Notes: generated by a model from the sequence alone, not told the origin. A stretch of 32,000 nt of DNA from Candidatus Saccharimonadota bacterium (GCF_964059045.1 NZ_OZ060402.1:270001-302000); one strand, 5' to 3'; shown: positions 20,243-31,893, counted from the stretch's first letter. Made by a program: numbers and translations.

Positions 20243-20271
20243 ATAATCTATTTATAATCTATATAATCTAT
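20243..20271. repeat. three direct copies of the 9-mer ATAATCTAT (20243-51, 20254-62, 20263-71)
   Basis: Read directly: ataatctat tt ataatctat ataatctat, in the yedA-rluB spacer. Confidence 0.9.
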
Positions 20272-20413
20272 TATATAAAGCATGATTGAATTAGAATTTA
20301 AATGATCAATGATATTAAATAAATACAAAATTAATTTCTTTAATTAATTGTATAAAGTTATTCATACATATTGCTTTTTTAAAATTTTGACAAATTTAAG
20401 ATACATTATACAT

Positions 20414-21169
20414 ATGACAGAAAAAATACAAAAGATTTTAGCAAATTTAGGATTGGGTTCAAGAAGAAAAATAGAACAAGTAATTATTTCAGGAATGTTG
20501 TTCATCAATGGTCTTAAAGTCAATATTGGAGATCGATTTATATTAGAAAAAATAAAAACTATATATTTTCATAAAAAATTTTATTATTTTAAAAAAAAAC
20601 TAAAAAAAAAAATTCGAATGTTAATTTATAATAAACCAGTTGGAGAAATTTGCACTAATTATGATATAAATAATCGAGATACTGTATTTAAATCGTTACC
20701 ATTATTAACTAATCAAAAATGGATTAGTATTGGCAGATTAGATTTAAATACTAGTGGTATTTTATTATTTACTAATTGTGGTAATTTAGCACATACTTTA
20801 ATGCATCCTAGTTCTAATTTAGAAAGAGAATATAAAGTTCGTGTTTTTAGTTTAAATAATAGTGAATCTAAAATAAATTTGTTAAAACAAGGAAGAATAT
20901 TAAAAGATGGTTTTGCAAAATTTAATATTATTAAATATGAAAGTGGAAAAGGAAAAAATAAGTGGTTTACAGTAACATTACTGGAAGGTAGAAATAGGGA
21001 AGTAAGACGGTTATGGCAATCTGTTAATTGTTCTGTAAGTAAATTAATAAGAATTCGTTATGGTAATATTGTTTTACCTCCAGATTTAAAATTAGGACAT
21101 TGGAAAGAATTAAAATATCTTGATATTCATAATCTTATCAAAATTAGTTCTAAAAAAAAATATTTATAA
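20414..21169 (+). CDS. rluB: 23S rRNA pseudouridine(2605) synthase RluB
   Basis: MTEKIQKILANLGLGSRRKIEQ matches E. coli RluB [22 protein letters not shown]. The catalytic motif GRLDLNTSGILLF is present. ORF-track start 20348 adds 22 aa with no counterpart. The product lacks the E. coli basic C-terminal tail. Confidence 0.9.
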   Translation: MTEKIQKILANLGLGSRRKIEQVIISGMLFINGLKVNIGDRFILEKIKTIYFHKKFYYFKKKLKKKIRMLIYNKPVGEICTNYDINNRDTVFKSLPLLTNQKWISIGRLDLNTSGILLFTNCGNLAHTLMHPSSNLEREYKVRVFSLNNSESKINLLKQGRILKDGFAKFNIIKYESGKGKNKWFTVTLLEGRNREVRRLWQSVNCSVSKLIRIRYGNIVLPPDLKLGHWKELKYLDIHNLIKISSKKKYL

Positions 21170-21391
21170 TATATAATTTTTATAATATTTTTAAATAAAT
21201 ATCATTTTATCATTTTTATAATTATTTTAAAAAATATTTTATTTATAATGTTTATTTAAAATTCATCATTTTTAATGCAATCAAAAATTGTTTTTATAAA
21301 AATATTTTTATTTTTGTTATGATAAAAATAGATTTTTTTATTATATTGAGATAAATTTAAAATATATAAAAATATAATAATGGTGATTATT

Positions 21392-22411
21392 ATGAATTTT
21401 TTGTGTAATTATTTTTTGTTTATATCAAAATTTTTTACTATCATAATATTAACGATAACTACTTGTTTCTTCATCGCTAATATTATTTCAAAAAAAAGAA
21501 GTAACAATGGTAAAATAAAAATTACTATTTTAGATAAAGATTTTGAAGATATAAAAAATAATATTTTATTATCAACAATGTCTACTATAGAAAAAAAAAT
21601 CTGGTATAAATTAAAAAAAAAAAAAATAAAGAATAAAATACATCAAGCAAAAATAGCAGGATTAAATAACTTAAACATTAACAAACCAAAATTATATATT
21701 TTAGATTTTAAAGGTAGCACAGATGCTCATGAAGTATCAAATTTAAGAAAAGAAATTTCAGCTATTATTTCTGTCGCTCAAAAAAATGATGAGGTTTTAT
21801 TAAGATTAGAAAGCTCAGGTGGAATAGTTCATGGTTATGGTTTAGCAGCTTCACAATTACAAAGACTGAAAAATCGAAATATTTATTTAACTATTGTAGT
21901 AGATAAAATAGCTGCTAGTGGTGGATATATGATGGCATGTGTTGCTGATCATCTGGTAGCTGCTCCATTTTCTATTATTGGATCAATAGGAGTAGTATCT
22001 CAATTACCAAACTTTAATAGATTTTTAAAGAAAAATGATATTGATTTTGAATTACATACTTCAGGATCTCATAAAAGAAATTTGACGATATTTGGTAAAA
22101 ATAATGAAGAGGGAAGAAAAAATTTATGTGATCAATTAAAAATAATACATACGTTATTTAAAACTTTTGTAAAAGATATGAGACCAAATTTAGATATAGA
22201 TTCTGTTTCTAATGGAGAATATTGGTTTGGTTCAGTGGCTTTAAAAAAAGGTTTAATTGATGATATTAATACTAGTGATGATATTATTTTTTCTAAAAAA
22301 AATCGTTTTTGCCTAATTCATATACAATATTTAAAAAAAAAAAATTTTTTAAGTTTTTTATTAAAAAATGTATTAAATAATTTAATAAATATCATAAGAA
22401 TTTTTATATAA
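21392..22411 (+). CDS. sohB: S49-family periplasmic protease SohB
   Basis: MNFLCNYFLFISKFFT parallels E. coli MELLSEYGLFLAKIVT. The ASGGYMMACVAD and SIGVVSQLPNFNRFLKKNDID blocks are conserved. ATG 21380 is an alternative start 4 codons upstream. Confidence 0.9.
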   Translation: MNFLCNYFLFISKFFTIIILTITTCFFIANIISKKRSNNGKIKITILDKDFEDIKNNILLSTMSTIEKKIWYKLKKKKIKNKIHQAKIAGLNNLNINKPKLYILDFKGSTDAHEVSNLRKEISAIISVAQKNDEVLLRLESSGGIVHGYGLAASQLQRLKNRNIYLTIVVDKIAASGGYMMACVADHLVAAPFSIIGSIGVVSQLPNFNRFLKKNDIDFELHTSGSHKRNLTIFGKNNEEGRKNLCDQLKIIHTLFKTFVKDMRPNLDIDSVSNGEYWFGSVALKKGLIDDINTSDDIIFSKKNRFCLIHIQYLKKKNFLSFLLKNVLNNLINIIRIFI

Positions 22412-22828
22412 AAAATCAATATAGATAATTTATTAATATCATTAATAGTCATTAAATTTTATTACATGTTTTTTTCAACAAACATTTTATTTTTTAAAAT
22501 TAGATTATGAATAAAAAATTTATTTTTATATTTTATTTTATAAAAATAATTAAATAATTTTTATATTTTAAAATATATTTTTCAATATATTTATATTTCA
22601 ATTTTAACAAAAAAAAATTATTTTTATTTTTAATAATTTAACAATGAACATCAATTTTTAATATTTTTATTTTTTCTTTAAAATTTAATAATTTAATTCA
22701 TTGTTAATATAAAAATAATTAGATTCATTAATGAATATTGTTCTGTAAATATAAAAATTATTTTCATAAAAAAATTAATATATATAATATATTTTGAATT
22801 TATGTAAAAAATTAGGTAATTATATAAT

Positions 22829-25429
22829 ATGAATAAAAATTTAGTAATAGTTGAATCTCCAGTAAAAGCAAAAACTATTAGTCAATATTTAGGTAAAAAT
22901 TATATTGTTAAATCAAGTTTTGGACATATAAGAGATTTACCAATAAAAAATAATATTTATCAAAATAAAAATAAAAAGATAAATACTATAAATAAAAAAA
23001 AATCTTGTATTGGATTCCAAAAAGAAAATTTTTTAAATAAAATTGGAATTGATCCTTATAATAATTGGAAAACAAAATATATAATATTAAAAGACAAAAA
23101 AAAAATTATTTCTGAAATTAAAACTATTTCTAAAATAGCTAATTATATTTATTTAGCTACCGATCTTGATCGAGAAGGAGAATCCATAGCGTGGCATTTA
23201 AAAGAAATTATCGGAGGTGATCAATCTAAATTTCGTCGTGTAATTTTTAATGAAATTACTAAAAATGCTATTAAATATGCTTTTAAAAATTATTCTAGTA
23301 TTAACATGAATAAAGTATATGCTCAACAAGCTCGTCGATTTATGGATAGAATTGTAGGTTATATGGTATCTCCCTTATTATGGAAAAAAATTTCTAGAAA
23401 TCTTTCCGCTGGACGAGTTCAATCAGTAGTAGTGCGTATTATTGTTGATAAAGAACACTCTATTAAAAATTTTTCTCCAAAAGAATATTGGAAAATGTAT
23501 GTTTCTTTTAAAATGTTAGATAATGAACCATTAGTTTTACCAGTCACTCATTTTAAAAATAATTTATTTATTCCTAAAAGTCATCAAGAAACACAATTAG
23601 CAAGTAATCAAATCAAATTGTCTTCTTGTATAGTTGAAAATAAAGATGAAAAAATAATTTATATAAAATCTAATCCACCATTTATTACTTCTACTTTACA
23701 GCAAACAGCTAGTAATATATTAGGGTTTTCAGTAAAAAAAACAATGATTATAGCTCAAAAATTATATGAAAATGGATATATTACTTATATGAGAACTGAT
23801 TCTGTTATGGTTAGTCAAAATGCTATTGACATGGTTAGAAAATATATTGAAAAAAATTATGATGATTGTTATTTGCCAAAAATTCCAAATTTCTTTATAA
23901 AAAACAATCATTCACAGGAATCTCATGAAGCAATACGTCCAGTAAATATATTTCAATGTAGTGATGATTTATATAATTTATCTTCAGATGAAAAAAAAAT
24001 ATATAAATTAATTTGGTCTCAATTTTTAGCTTCTCAAATGACTGAATCTCAATATCAATTACAAACATTAACTATTCGAGCTCATAATTTTCAATTACAT
24101 AAAAAAATAAAAAAAATATTTTTTGATGGTTGGACTAAAATAATAAAAAAAACAGATTTTAAAAAATCTAATAATTTATTTTTTAACTTTTCTATTGGAG
24201 ACAAATTAAATATACAATCTATAGATTATCAACAATGTTTTTCTAAACCGCCTATTAGATTTAATGAATCTTCTTTGATTAAAGAATTAGAAAAAAAAGG
24301 AATAGGAAGACCATCAACATATTCTTTAATTATGTCTACTATACAAAATCGTGGATATGTTTGTTTAAAACAAAATAAATTTTATGCTAAAAAAATTGGT
24401 GAAATAGTTACTAAACGTTTAATAAATTCATTTCAAGAATTAATGAATTATGATTTTACAGCAAATATGGAATCTCAATTAGATCAAATAGCTCATGATC
24501 AATTATCATGGATCACTGTGTTAGATAATTTTTTTTGTAATTTTTATCAAAATTTTAAAGAATCAGAAAAAAATCCAGAAAATGGAGGAATGAAACCAAA
24601 TTTTATTGTAAATACCTCTATAAAATGTAAAAATTGTCAAGATAGTATGGTTATACGTACAGCAAAAACAGGTGTTTTTTTGTCTTGTTCAAATTATTCT
24701 AATTTTTCTAAAGAAAAATGTAAATATACTATTAATTTAATTCCGGAATATGATTTTTTAAATATGATACAATCATCTTGTAATGATAATGAAAAAAATA
24801 ATATTTATAAAAATTGTAAGATATGTCACGTTTCAACTGATAAATATTTGATGGATGAAAAACATAAATTACATATCTGTGATAATTATCCTGATTGTAA
24901 TTATTATAAAATAGAAAAAGGTTTTTTCCCTATGCAAGATTATATGGGGCAAATGGTGAAATGTGAAATATGTCATTCTCAAATGTGTTTTAAAGTAGGT
25001 AAATTTGGAAAATTTTTATTATGTTCTAAAGATAATTGTAATAATACTAGAAAAATTTTAAACAACGGAAAAATCAATGTGCCTAAAATTATTCCAATAC
25101 CATTACCTGAGTTAATTTGTAAAAAATCAGATGCTTTTTTTGTTATAAGAAACGGAATTTCAGGAATATTTCTTGCCGCAAACACTTTTCCAGTTTCTCG
25201 TGAAACTAGAACACCATATATAGAAGAACTAGTACGTTTTAAATATTTATTGCCTCCAGAAATTTTGTATTTAACTAGTGCACCTGTACAGGATAATGAA
25301 GGAAACAAGACTATTTTAAGATTTGATAAAAATAAAAAAGTTCAATATATTGGTTCAAAAAAAAATGGTAGATATACTTTATGGAGAGCTTTTTTTAAAA
25401 ATAATGAATGGACAGTATTAAATGAATGA
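22829..25429 (+). CDS. topA: DNA topoisomerase I
   Basis: The product is 866 aa (E. coli 865). It has the Toprim N-terminus LVIVESPVKAKTI, the active-site region GYITYMRTDS and C-terminal Cys-rich zinc-ribbon repeats. Confidence 0.97.
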   Translation: MNKNLVIVESPVKAKTISQYLGKNYIVKSSFGHIRDLPIKNNIYQNKNKKINTINKKKSCIGFQKENFLNKIGIDPYNNWKTKYIILKDKKKIISEIKTISKIANYIYLATDLDREGESIAWHLKEIIGGDQSKFRRVIFNEITKNAIKYAFKNYSSINMNKVYAQQARRFMDRIVGYMVSPLLWKKISRNLSAGRVQSVVVRIIVDKEHSIKNFSPKEYWKMYVSFKMLDNEPLVLPVTHFKNNLFIPKSHQETQLASNQIKLSSCIVENKDEKIIYIKSNPPFITSTLQQTASNILGFSVKKTMIIAQKLYENGYITYMRTDSVMVSQNAIDMVRKYIEKNYDDCYLPKIPNFFIKNNHSQESHEAIRPVNIFQCSDDLYNLSSDEKKIYKLIWSQFLASQMTESQYQLQTLTIRAHNFQLHKKIKKIFFDGWTKIIKKTDFKKSNNLFFNFSIGDKLNIQSIDYQQCFSKPPIRFNESSLIKELEKKGIGRPSTYSLIMSTIQNRGYVCLKQNKFYAKKIGEIVTKRLINSFQELMNYDFTANMESQLDQIAHDQLSWITVLDNFFCNFYQNFKESEKNPENGGMKPNFIVNTSIKCKNCQDSMVIRTAKTGVFLSCSNYSNFSKEKCKYTINLIPEYDFLNMIQSSCNDNEKNNIYKNCKICHVSTDKYLMDEKHKLHICDNYPDCNYYKIEKGFFPMQDYMGQMVKCEICHSQMCFKVGKFGKFLLCSKDNCNNTRKILNNGKINVPKIIPIPLPELICKKSDAFFVIRNGISGIFLAANTFPVSRETRTPYIEELVRFKYLLPPEILYLTSAPVQDNEGNKTILRFDKNKKVQYIGSKKNGRYTLWRAFFKNNEWTVLNE

Positions 25430-25547
25430 TAAATATTTATAAAAAATAATATTTTAAAAACTAATTTAATTGACAACTATTTTAATAGTTGTGCTTAAAA
25501 TTAATATTTTAATAACGTTGTAATGAAATATATCTAAGGAATATTAA

Positions 25548-26522
<975 letters not shown>

Positions 26523-26694
26523 TTATTACAATAATGATGAATAATATATATTTAATTTATTTTATATAAAAATATATTCAGGTCAATAATATTAAAATAT
26601 TTTTTTATTGCATAATATTAAATATTATAAATTTTATTTTTATTGATATTTATTTTCAATTTTTTTAAATATATAAAAATATAATATTAAAATA

Positions 26695-27474
26695 TTAATA
26701 TTTAATGTTTTTTATTTTATCAAAAACTAAACGTATAAATTTAGAATGTCCTATTAAAGAAATACCGGATTGAAGATAATTACAACCACCTCTAAAATCA
26801 CATATTAAAGCACCAGATTCTTTTAATTGTAATTCTCCAGCATAGAAACTCCATGGTGTAAAATTCATATTAAATAAGCAATCTAATCTTCCAGTTGCGA
26901 CATAAGCTAAATCAAGAGTATTTGAACCACTCAATCGAAAATGTATTTTTTCAATAAGTAAAATTTTCATTATTTGCAAATATAAATTATGTGATTTATG
27001 TTGATTTAAAATATTGATAGAAATAGTAGAAAACATCAATTTAGAAACATTGTTACATCTCATTCTATAACCATTAATTTGAGCACCTTTTCCTTTAATC
27101 GCGGTGAATAATTCATTCTTAATAGGATCGTAAATAACAGAAATCTCTGTTTGATTTTTTATTTGAACAGCTATAGATATACAAAAATGAGGTATATTTT
27201 TGCTGAAATTAGTTATACCATCTAATGGATTAATAATCCATTGAATCTCATTGAATTTCTTGTTTAATATAGTTTTGTTAGTGCAAATTGCATGATGAGG
27301 ATAAGATTTTGAGATAGTTTCTATAATTTTTTTTTCAGAAATATAAATAATATTTTCAAGATTGTTTATATTATTATCTTTGCAAATTGTATTTTTTTGT
27401 AAATCATATTTTTGAACAATAAAATTACCTCCTTTTCTTACAGCACGTATAGCAATATTTAACATTGGATGCAT
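26695..27474 (-). CDS. suhB: inositol monophosphatase family protein SuhB
   Basis: MHPMLNIAIRAVRKGG matches E. coli SuhB MHPMLNIAVRAARKAG, so I use ATG at 27472-27474 rather than ORF-track 27486. The IMPase motif WIINPLDGITNF is present. Confidence 0.9.
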   Translation of the reverse strand: MHPMLNIAIRAVRKGGNFIVQKYDLQKNTICKDNNINNLENIIYISEKKIIETISKSYPHHAICTNKTILNKKFNEIQWIINPLDGITNFSKNIPHFCISIAVQIKNQTEISVIYDPIKNELFTAIKGKGAQINGYRMRCNNVSKLMFSTISINILNQHKSHNLYLQIMKILLIEKIHFRLSGSNTLDLAYVATGRLDCLFNMNFTPWSFYAGELQLKESGALICDFRGGCNYLQSGISLIGHSKFIRLVFDKIKNIKY

Positions 27475-27816
27475 AAATTTTTCCATTTTTTATAATGATA
27501 AATTGTATATATAATTATATACAAAAATATTCTTGAAGTATTGATTTTTTTAAAAATTATATTTAAATAAATTATTTTTAATTGAAGTATAATAAGTCAT
27601 ATATACTTATATATACTTGATTATTTTAATAAAAAAATATTTTTTTACATACAACAATTATTAATATATATAAGGTTTATAAATTTTTTGAAATATATCA
27701 ACATATGAATTAGATAAAATAATTTAAAATTCTGTAATTTTATAGTATTACAATATTTTGTTAATTATAATTACTTTATTGTATTTTAAACAATATTAAA
27801 AATGTAAAGAAAGAAT

Positions 27817-28902
27817 ATGTCAATACATTCAAAGCATGCTTTTTTATGTTCTAAAAAAATTAATTTATTAAATTTAAATTATTGTCAGTTGAAAAAATTT
27901 ATGCAGAATTTAGGAGAAAAACCTTTTCGAGCTATTCAAATTATGCAATGGATATATCGTTATTTTTGTACTGATTTTTATAAAATGACAAACTTAAATA
28001 AAACATTACAAATGAAATTAAATCAACATGCATATATTGCTTCTCCTGTTTTTTTAAACCCTCAATATTCTTGTGATGGAACAATTAAATGGACTGTAGA
28101 AATAAAATCTAAATTTTTTGAAACAGTTTATATCCCAGAAAAAAATAGAGCTACGTTATGTGTATCTTCACAATTTGGATGTGCTTTAAAATGTCATTTT
28201 TGTGCTACAGGTAAAATAGGTTTTCAAGGAAATTTAAATTTATCAGAAATTATTGGCCAATTATGGAATGTTTCAAAAATACTTAATTTAAAAAATTCAA
28301 ATAAATTTCCAAAAATTACAAATGTAGTATTTATGGGTATGGGTGAACCATTATTAAATTTTAACAATGTTGTCAGTGCATTAGAAATTATGTTAGATAA
28401 AAATGGTTTTCAACTATCAAAAAATCATCTTACAATTTCTACTGCTGGTATAGTTCCTGCATTAAATAAATTGAGTCAAGTAATAGATATTTCTTTAGCT
28501 ATTTCATTGCATGCCCCTAATAATCAATTACGTAATTTATTAATGCCAATTAATAAAAAATATAATATTGATTTATTATTAAATGCAGTAAAACAATATT
28601 TAAAAAAATCTACTGCTAACAGGGGTTATGTAACAATTGAATATGTTATGTTAAATAATATTAATGATACATTAGAACATGCAAAAGAATTAGTAAAATT
28701 ATTAAAAAATATTCCAAATAAAGTAAATTTAATTCCTTGGAATAATTTTATTGGATCTAACTATGTTTGTAGTAGCAAGATAAAAATAATAAAATTTTCG
28801 AAATTTTTAAAAGACCATGGTATTTTTAATACTATTAGAAAAAATAGAGGACAAGATATTTATGGTGCTTGTGGTCAATTAATTGGCCAAAAAAATTTTT
28901 AA
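27817..28902 (+). CDS. rlmN: 23S rRNA/tRNA adenine-C2 methyltransferase RlmN (radical SAM)
   Basis: LGEKPFRAIQIMQWIY, the CALKCHFCATG radical-SAM cluster and GMGEPLLN match E. coli RlmN. The product is 361 aa. Confidence 0.93.
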   Translation: MSIHSKHAFLCSKKINLLNLNYCQLKKFMQNLGEKPFRAIQIMQWIYRYFCTDFYKMTNLNKTLQMKLNQHAYIASPVFLNPQYSCDGTIKWTVEIKSKFFETVYIPEKNRATLCVSSQFGCALKCHFCATGKIGFQGNLNLSEIIGQLWNVSKILNLKNSNKFPKITNVVFMGMGEPLLNFNNVVSALEIMLDKNGFQLSKNHLTISTAGIVPALNKLSQVIDISLAISLHAPNNQLRNLLMPINKKYNIDLLLNAVKQYLKKSTANRGYVTIEYVMLNNINDTLEHAKELVKLLKNIPNKVNLIPWNNFIGSNYVCSSKIKIIKFSKFLKDHGIFNTIRKNRGQDIYGACGQLIGQKNF

Positions 28903-29137
28903 AAATTTATAGTTAAAAAGATACTATTACTGTCGTAAAAATATTAATTAAAATATTTATATAAATAATTATTTGTTTTATTAATATTTTTATTTATTAT
29001 TATTTATTAATTATTAAAATTATTGTGCGTATTAAAAAAAAATGTATTAATATTTATTATCGTTAGTAAAATATGAATAACAATTATTATTTTAAAAGAA
29101 TTATTTATATAATAATATGATTATTTAAGGCAATATA

Positions 29138-30412
29138 GTGAAAAAAAATTTTCAATCTATTAGAGGAATGCATGATTTTTTACCAAAAGATCTAAGTATT
29201 TTTAATAATATAAAAAATATATTAATAAAAATATTAAATAATTATTGTTATTCTGAAATTAACATGCCTATTTTAGAAAATACAAATTTATTTACAAGAA
29301 CAATAGGGAATATTACTGATATTGTTGAAAAAGAAATGTATTCTTTTACAGATCAAAGTGGAAATAGTTTAACCCTAAGACCTGAGGGAACTGTTGGATG
29401 TGTAAGAGCATGTATAGAAAATGGTTTGATTTATAATCAAATACAAAAATTGTGGTATCTTGGTCCAATGTTTAGATATGAAAGACCACAAAAAGGCAGA
29501 TATCGACAATTTTATCAACTTGGAGTAGAGGCTTTTGGTTTTGATGGTCCTGATATTGATGTAGAATTAATTATGTTAACAGTGCGATGGTGGAAAAAAT
29601 TGAATTTATTACCATATTTAAATTTAGAAATTAATTCAATAGGATCTCTTCAATCTCGTTTAATATATCAAAAAGAATTGATAATATTTTTAAATAAAAA
29701 TAAACTATCTTTAGATTTAGAATCAAGAAAAAAAATATTGACTAATCCATTAAGAATTTTAGATACTAAAAATAAAAACGTTCAACTATTATTAAAACAA
29801 GGGCCAAAATTACATGATTATTTTGATAAACCATCATATGTTTATTTTGAACAACTGTGTCAATTATTAGATTCTATGAATATTAATTATCAAATTAATA
29901 GTTTATTAGTCAGAGGATTAGATTATTATAATGATACTGTATTTGAATGGACTACAAAATATTTAGGATCTCAAAATACTATTTGTGCTGGTGGACGTTA
30001 TAATTCATTAGTATCTTATATAGGTAATCAATCTGTACCTGCAATTGGATTAGCTCTTGGTATGGAACGTTTAATGTTATTGTTTAAAAATATATATCAA
30101 ACGTCATGTATAAAATCGAATTTTTCAATAGATATAAATATTCTTTTTTCTAATTATACGATTGAATCGATGCAACTAGCCGAAGAAATTAGAAATAAAT
30201 TTCCAAATTTAAAAGTCATGATAAATTATTCAGGTGGATCAATTAAAAAACAATTAAAAAAAGCTAATAAATTTTTCACTTTAATTGTTTTATTTTTTTT
30301 TAAAAACAAAAATCATGAATTTGTCGTATCTATGCAAAATTTAAAAAAAAATAGTGTAATATATTTGTTTAAACATGAAGTGATAGAAACATTAAGTAAA
30401 ATATTTAATTAA
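29138..30412 (+). CDS. hisS: histidine--tRNA ligase
   Basis: The 424-aa product has the same length as E. coli HisS. The motifs LRPEGTVGCVRA, RYERPQKGRYRQF and AGGRYNSL are present. It uses a GTG start 7 nt after taagg. The C-terminal anticodon-binding end is strongly diverged but in frame. Confidence 0.95.
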   Translation: MKKNFQSIRGMHDFLPKDLSIFNNIKNILIKILNNYCYSEINMPILENTNLFTRTIGNITDIVEKEMYSFTDQSGNSLTLRPEGTVGCVRACIENGLIYNQIQKLWYLGPMFRYERPQKGRYRQFYQLGVEAFGFDGPDIDVELIMLTVRWWKKLNLLPYLNLEINSIGSLQSRLIYQKELIIFLNKNKLSLDLESRKKILTNPLRILDTKNKNVQLLLKQGPKLHDYFDKPSYVYFEQLCQLLDSMNINYQINSLLVRGLDYYNDTVFEWTTKYLGSQNTICAGGRYNSLVSYIGNQSVPAIGLALGMERLMLLFKNIYQTSCIKSNFSIDINILFSNYTIESMQLAEEIRNKFPNLKVMINYSGGSIKKQLKKANKFFTLIVLFFFKNKNHEFVVSMQNLKKNSVIYLFKHEVIETLSKIFN

Positions 30413-30535
30413 AATAAAATAAAAAATTATTTTTAATAATTATAAATAATTTTTTATTTAAAATATTATTGATATATTTTTATATATAATCAATATTAAT
30501 TACAATGCATTTTAACTATGAGATAAATTACAATT

Positions 30536-31789
30536 GTGTTTAAAAATAAAAATAATATTCGTGAATATGATATTAAATTATGGAATGCTATTGAATCAGA
30601 AAATAATAGACAAGAAAATCATATTGAATTAATAGCTTCAGAAAACTATGTTAGTAGAAGAATTATGGAAGCTCAAGGATCACAATTAACAAATAAATAT
30701 GCTGAAGGTTATCCTGGAAAACGTTATTACAATGGTTGCCAACATGTGGATACTATTGAAAACATAGCTATTCAAAGGGCTAAGAAGTTATTTAAAGCCA
30801 ATTATGCTAATGTACAACCTCATTCAGGTTCACAAGCTAATTTTGCTGTATATCATGCATTATTAAATCCAGGAGATAAAATATTAGGAATGGATTTAAC
30901 ACATGGAGGACATTTAACTCATGGTGCATATGTAAATTTCTCTGGGAAAATATATTTTTCAATTGCATATGGTCTAAACAAAAATGAAGAAATTGATTAT
31001 GAAAATTTAAATGATCTTGCAGAAAAACATAAACCAAAAATAATTGTTGGAGGTTTTTCATCCTATTCTGGTATTTGTAATTGGAAATTAATGCGTAAAA
31101 TAGCAGATAATATTCAAGCGTATTTATTAGTTGACATGGCTCATATTGCTGGTTTAGTAGCAACTGATTTATATCCTAGCCCATTACCTTATGCACATGT
31201 AGTAACAACTACTACTCATAAAACTTTAGCTGGACCGAGAGGTGGTTTGATATTATCTCAAGAAAAAGATGAATCCTTGTATAAAAAAATTAATTCTTCT
31301 GTATTTCCTGGTATTCAAGGAGGTCCTTTAATGCATGTTATAGCTGCTAAAGCAATAGCTTTCAAAGAAGCTATGGAAATATCTTTCAAAGAATACCAAA
31401 AACAAATTTTAAATAATGCAAAATATATGTCAAATATTTTTATTGCTGAAGGATATCATGTAATTTCTGGTGGAACTCATAATCATTTATTTTTATTAAA
31501 TTTAGAAAATAAAAAGTTAACTGGGAAAATGGCTAGTAATTTATTAGATTTAGCCAATATTACTGTTAACAAAAATTCTATACCTTATGATAAACAAAAT
31601 CCTTTTGTAACTTCAGGTATAAGAATAGGAACTCCAGCTATTACTCGTCGTGGTTTTAAAGAAAAAGAAATAGAACAACTAACATATTGGATAATTAATA
31701 TATTAAATGATAGCAGTGATAGCAATCAAATAAAAATGATTAAAAAACAAGTTCTAAATATGTGTAGACGGTTCCCAGTCTATATATAA
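30536..31789 (+). CDS. glyA: serine hydroxymethyltransferase
   Basis: The 417-aa product has the same length as E. coli Gly[11 protein letters not shown] and the PLP site [16 protein letters not shown] are present. It uses a GTG start. Confidence 0.97.
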   Translation: MFKNKNNIREYDIKLWNAIESENNRQENHIELIASENYVSRRIMEAQGSQLTNKYAEGYPGKRYYNGCQHVDTIENIAIQRAKKLFKANYANVQPHSGSQANFAVYHALLNPGDKILGMDLTHGGHLTHGAYVNFSGKIYFSIAYGLNKNEEIDYENLNDLAEKHKPKIIVGGFSSYSGICNWKLMRKIADNIQAYLLVDMAHIAGLVATDLYPSPLPYAHVVTTTTHKTLAGPRGGLILSQEKDESLYKKINSSVFPGIQGGPLMHVIAAKAIAFKEAMEISFKEYQKQILNNAKYMSNIFIAEGYHVISGGTHNHLFLLNLENKKLTGKMASNLLDLANITVNKNSIPYDKQNPFVTSGIRIGTPAITRRGFKEKEIEQLTYWIINILNDSSDSNQIKMIKKQVLNMCRRFPVYI

Positions 31790-31857
31790 ATTCCATTTAT
31801 AAAAAAATAGACATTTTATATTAATGAAATTGAATATTAACGAAAACAATAAATTTT

Positions 31858-31893
31858 TATTATTGTTAATAAACTTGTTTATTAACAATAATA
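31858..31893 (+). terminator. 36-bp perfect palindrome (17-bp arms, 2-nt centre) downstream of glyA; candidate terminator or protein-binding site
   Basis: Arms 31858-31874 and 31877-31893 pair without mismatch (checked base by base). It lies 69 nt after the glyA stop and is followed by a moderately T-rich sequence. Confidence 0.4.

Noticed and set aside
20387-20392. Perfect TTGACA -35 hexamer just upstream of rluB
   Set aside because: Any -10 at proper spacing would overlap the rluB ATG (20414), which is fixed by N-terminal homology. The hexamer is probably coincidental.
22638-22736. 11-bp inverted repeat ttaacaatgaa/ttcattgttaa separated by 48 nt, and 14-bp palindrome attcattaatgaat, upstream of topA
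   Set aside because: By rough estimate both are within the chance expectation for this composition and search space. They have no flanking terminator or promoter features.
24979-25308. 109-aa ORF antisense to the topA C-terminal region
   Set aside because: It is somewhat long for a roughly 10% stop-codon background. However, it sits wholly inside topA, its sequence has no recognisable domain, and antisense frames of coding DNA are known to be depleted in stops.
30837-31163. 108-aa ORF antisense to glyA
   Set aside because: It is in the antisense frame offset from the glyA codons. The translation is H/L/Q/N-rich nonsense with no family resemblance, which is best explained by glyA codon structure.
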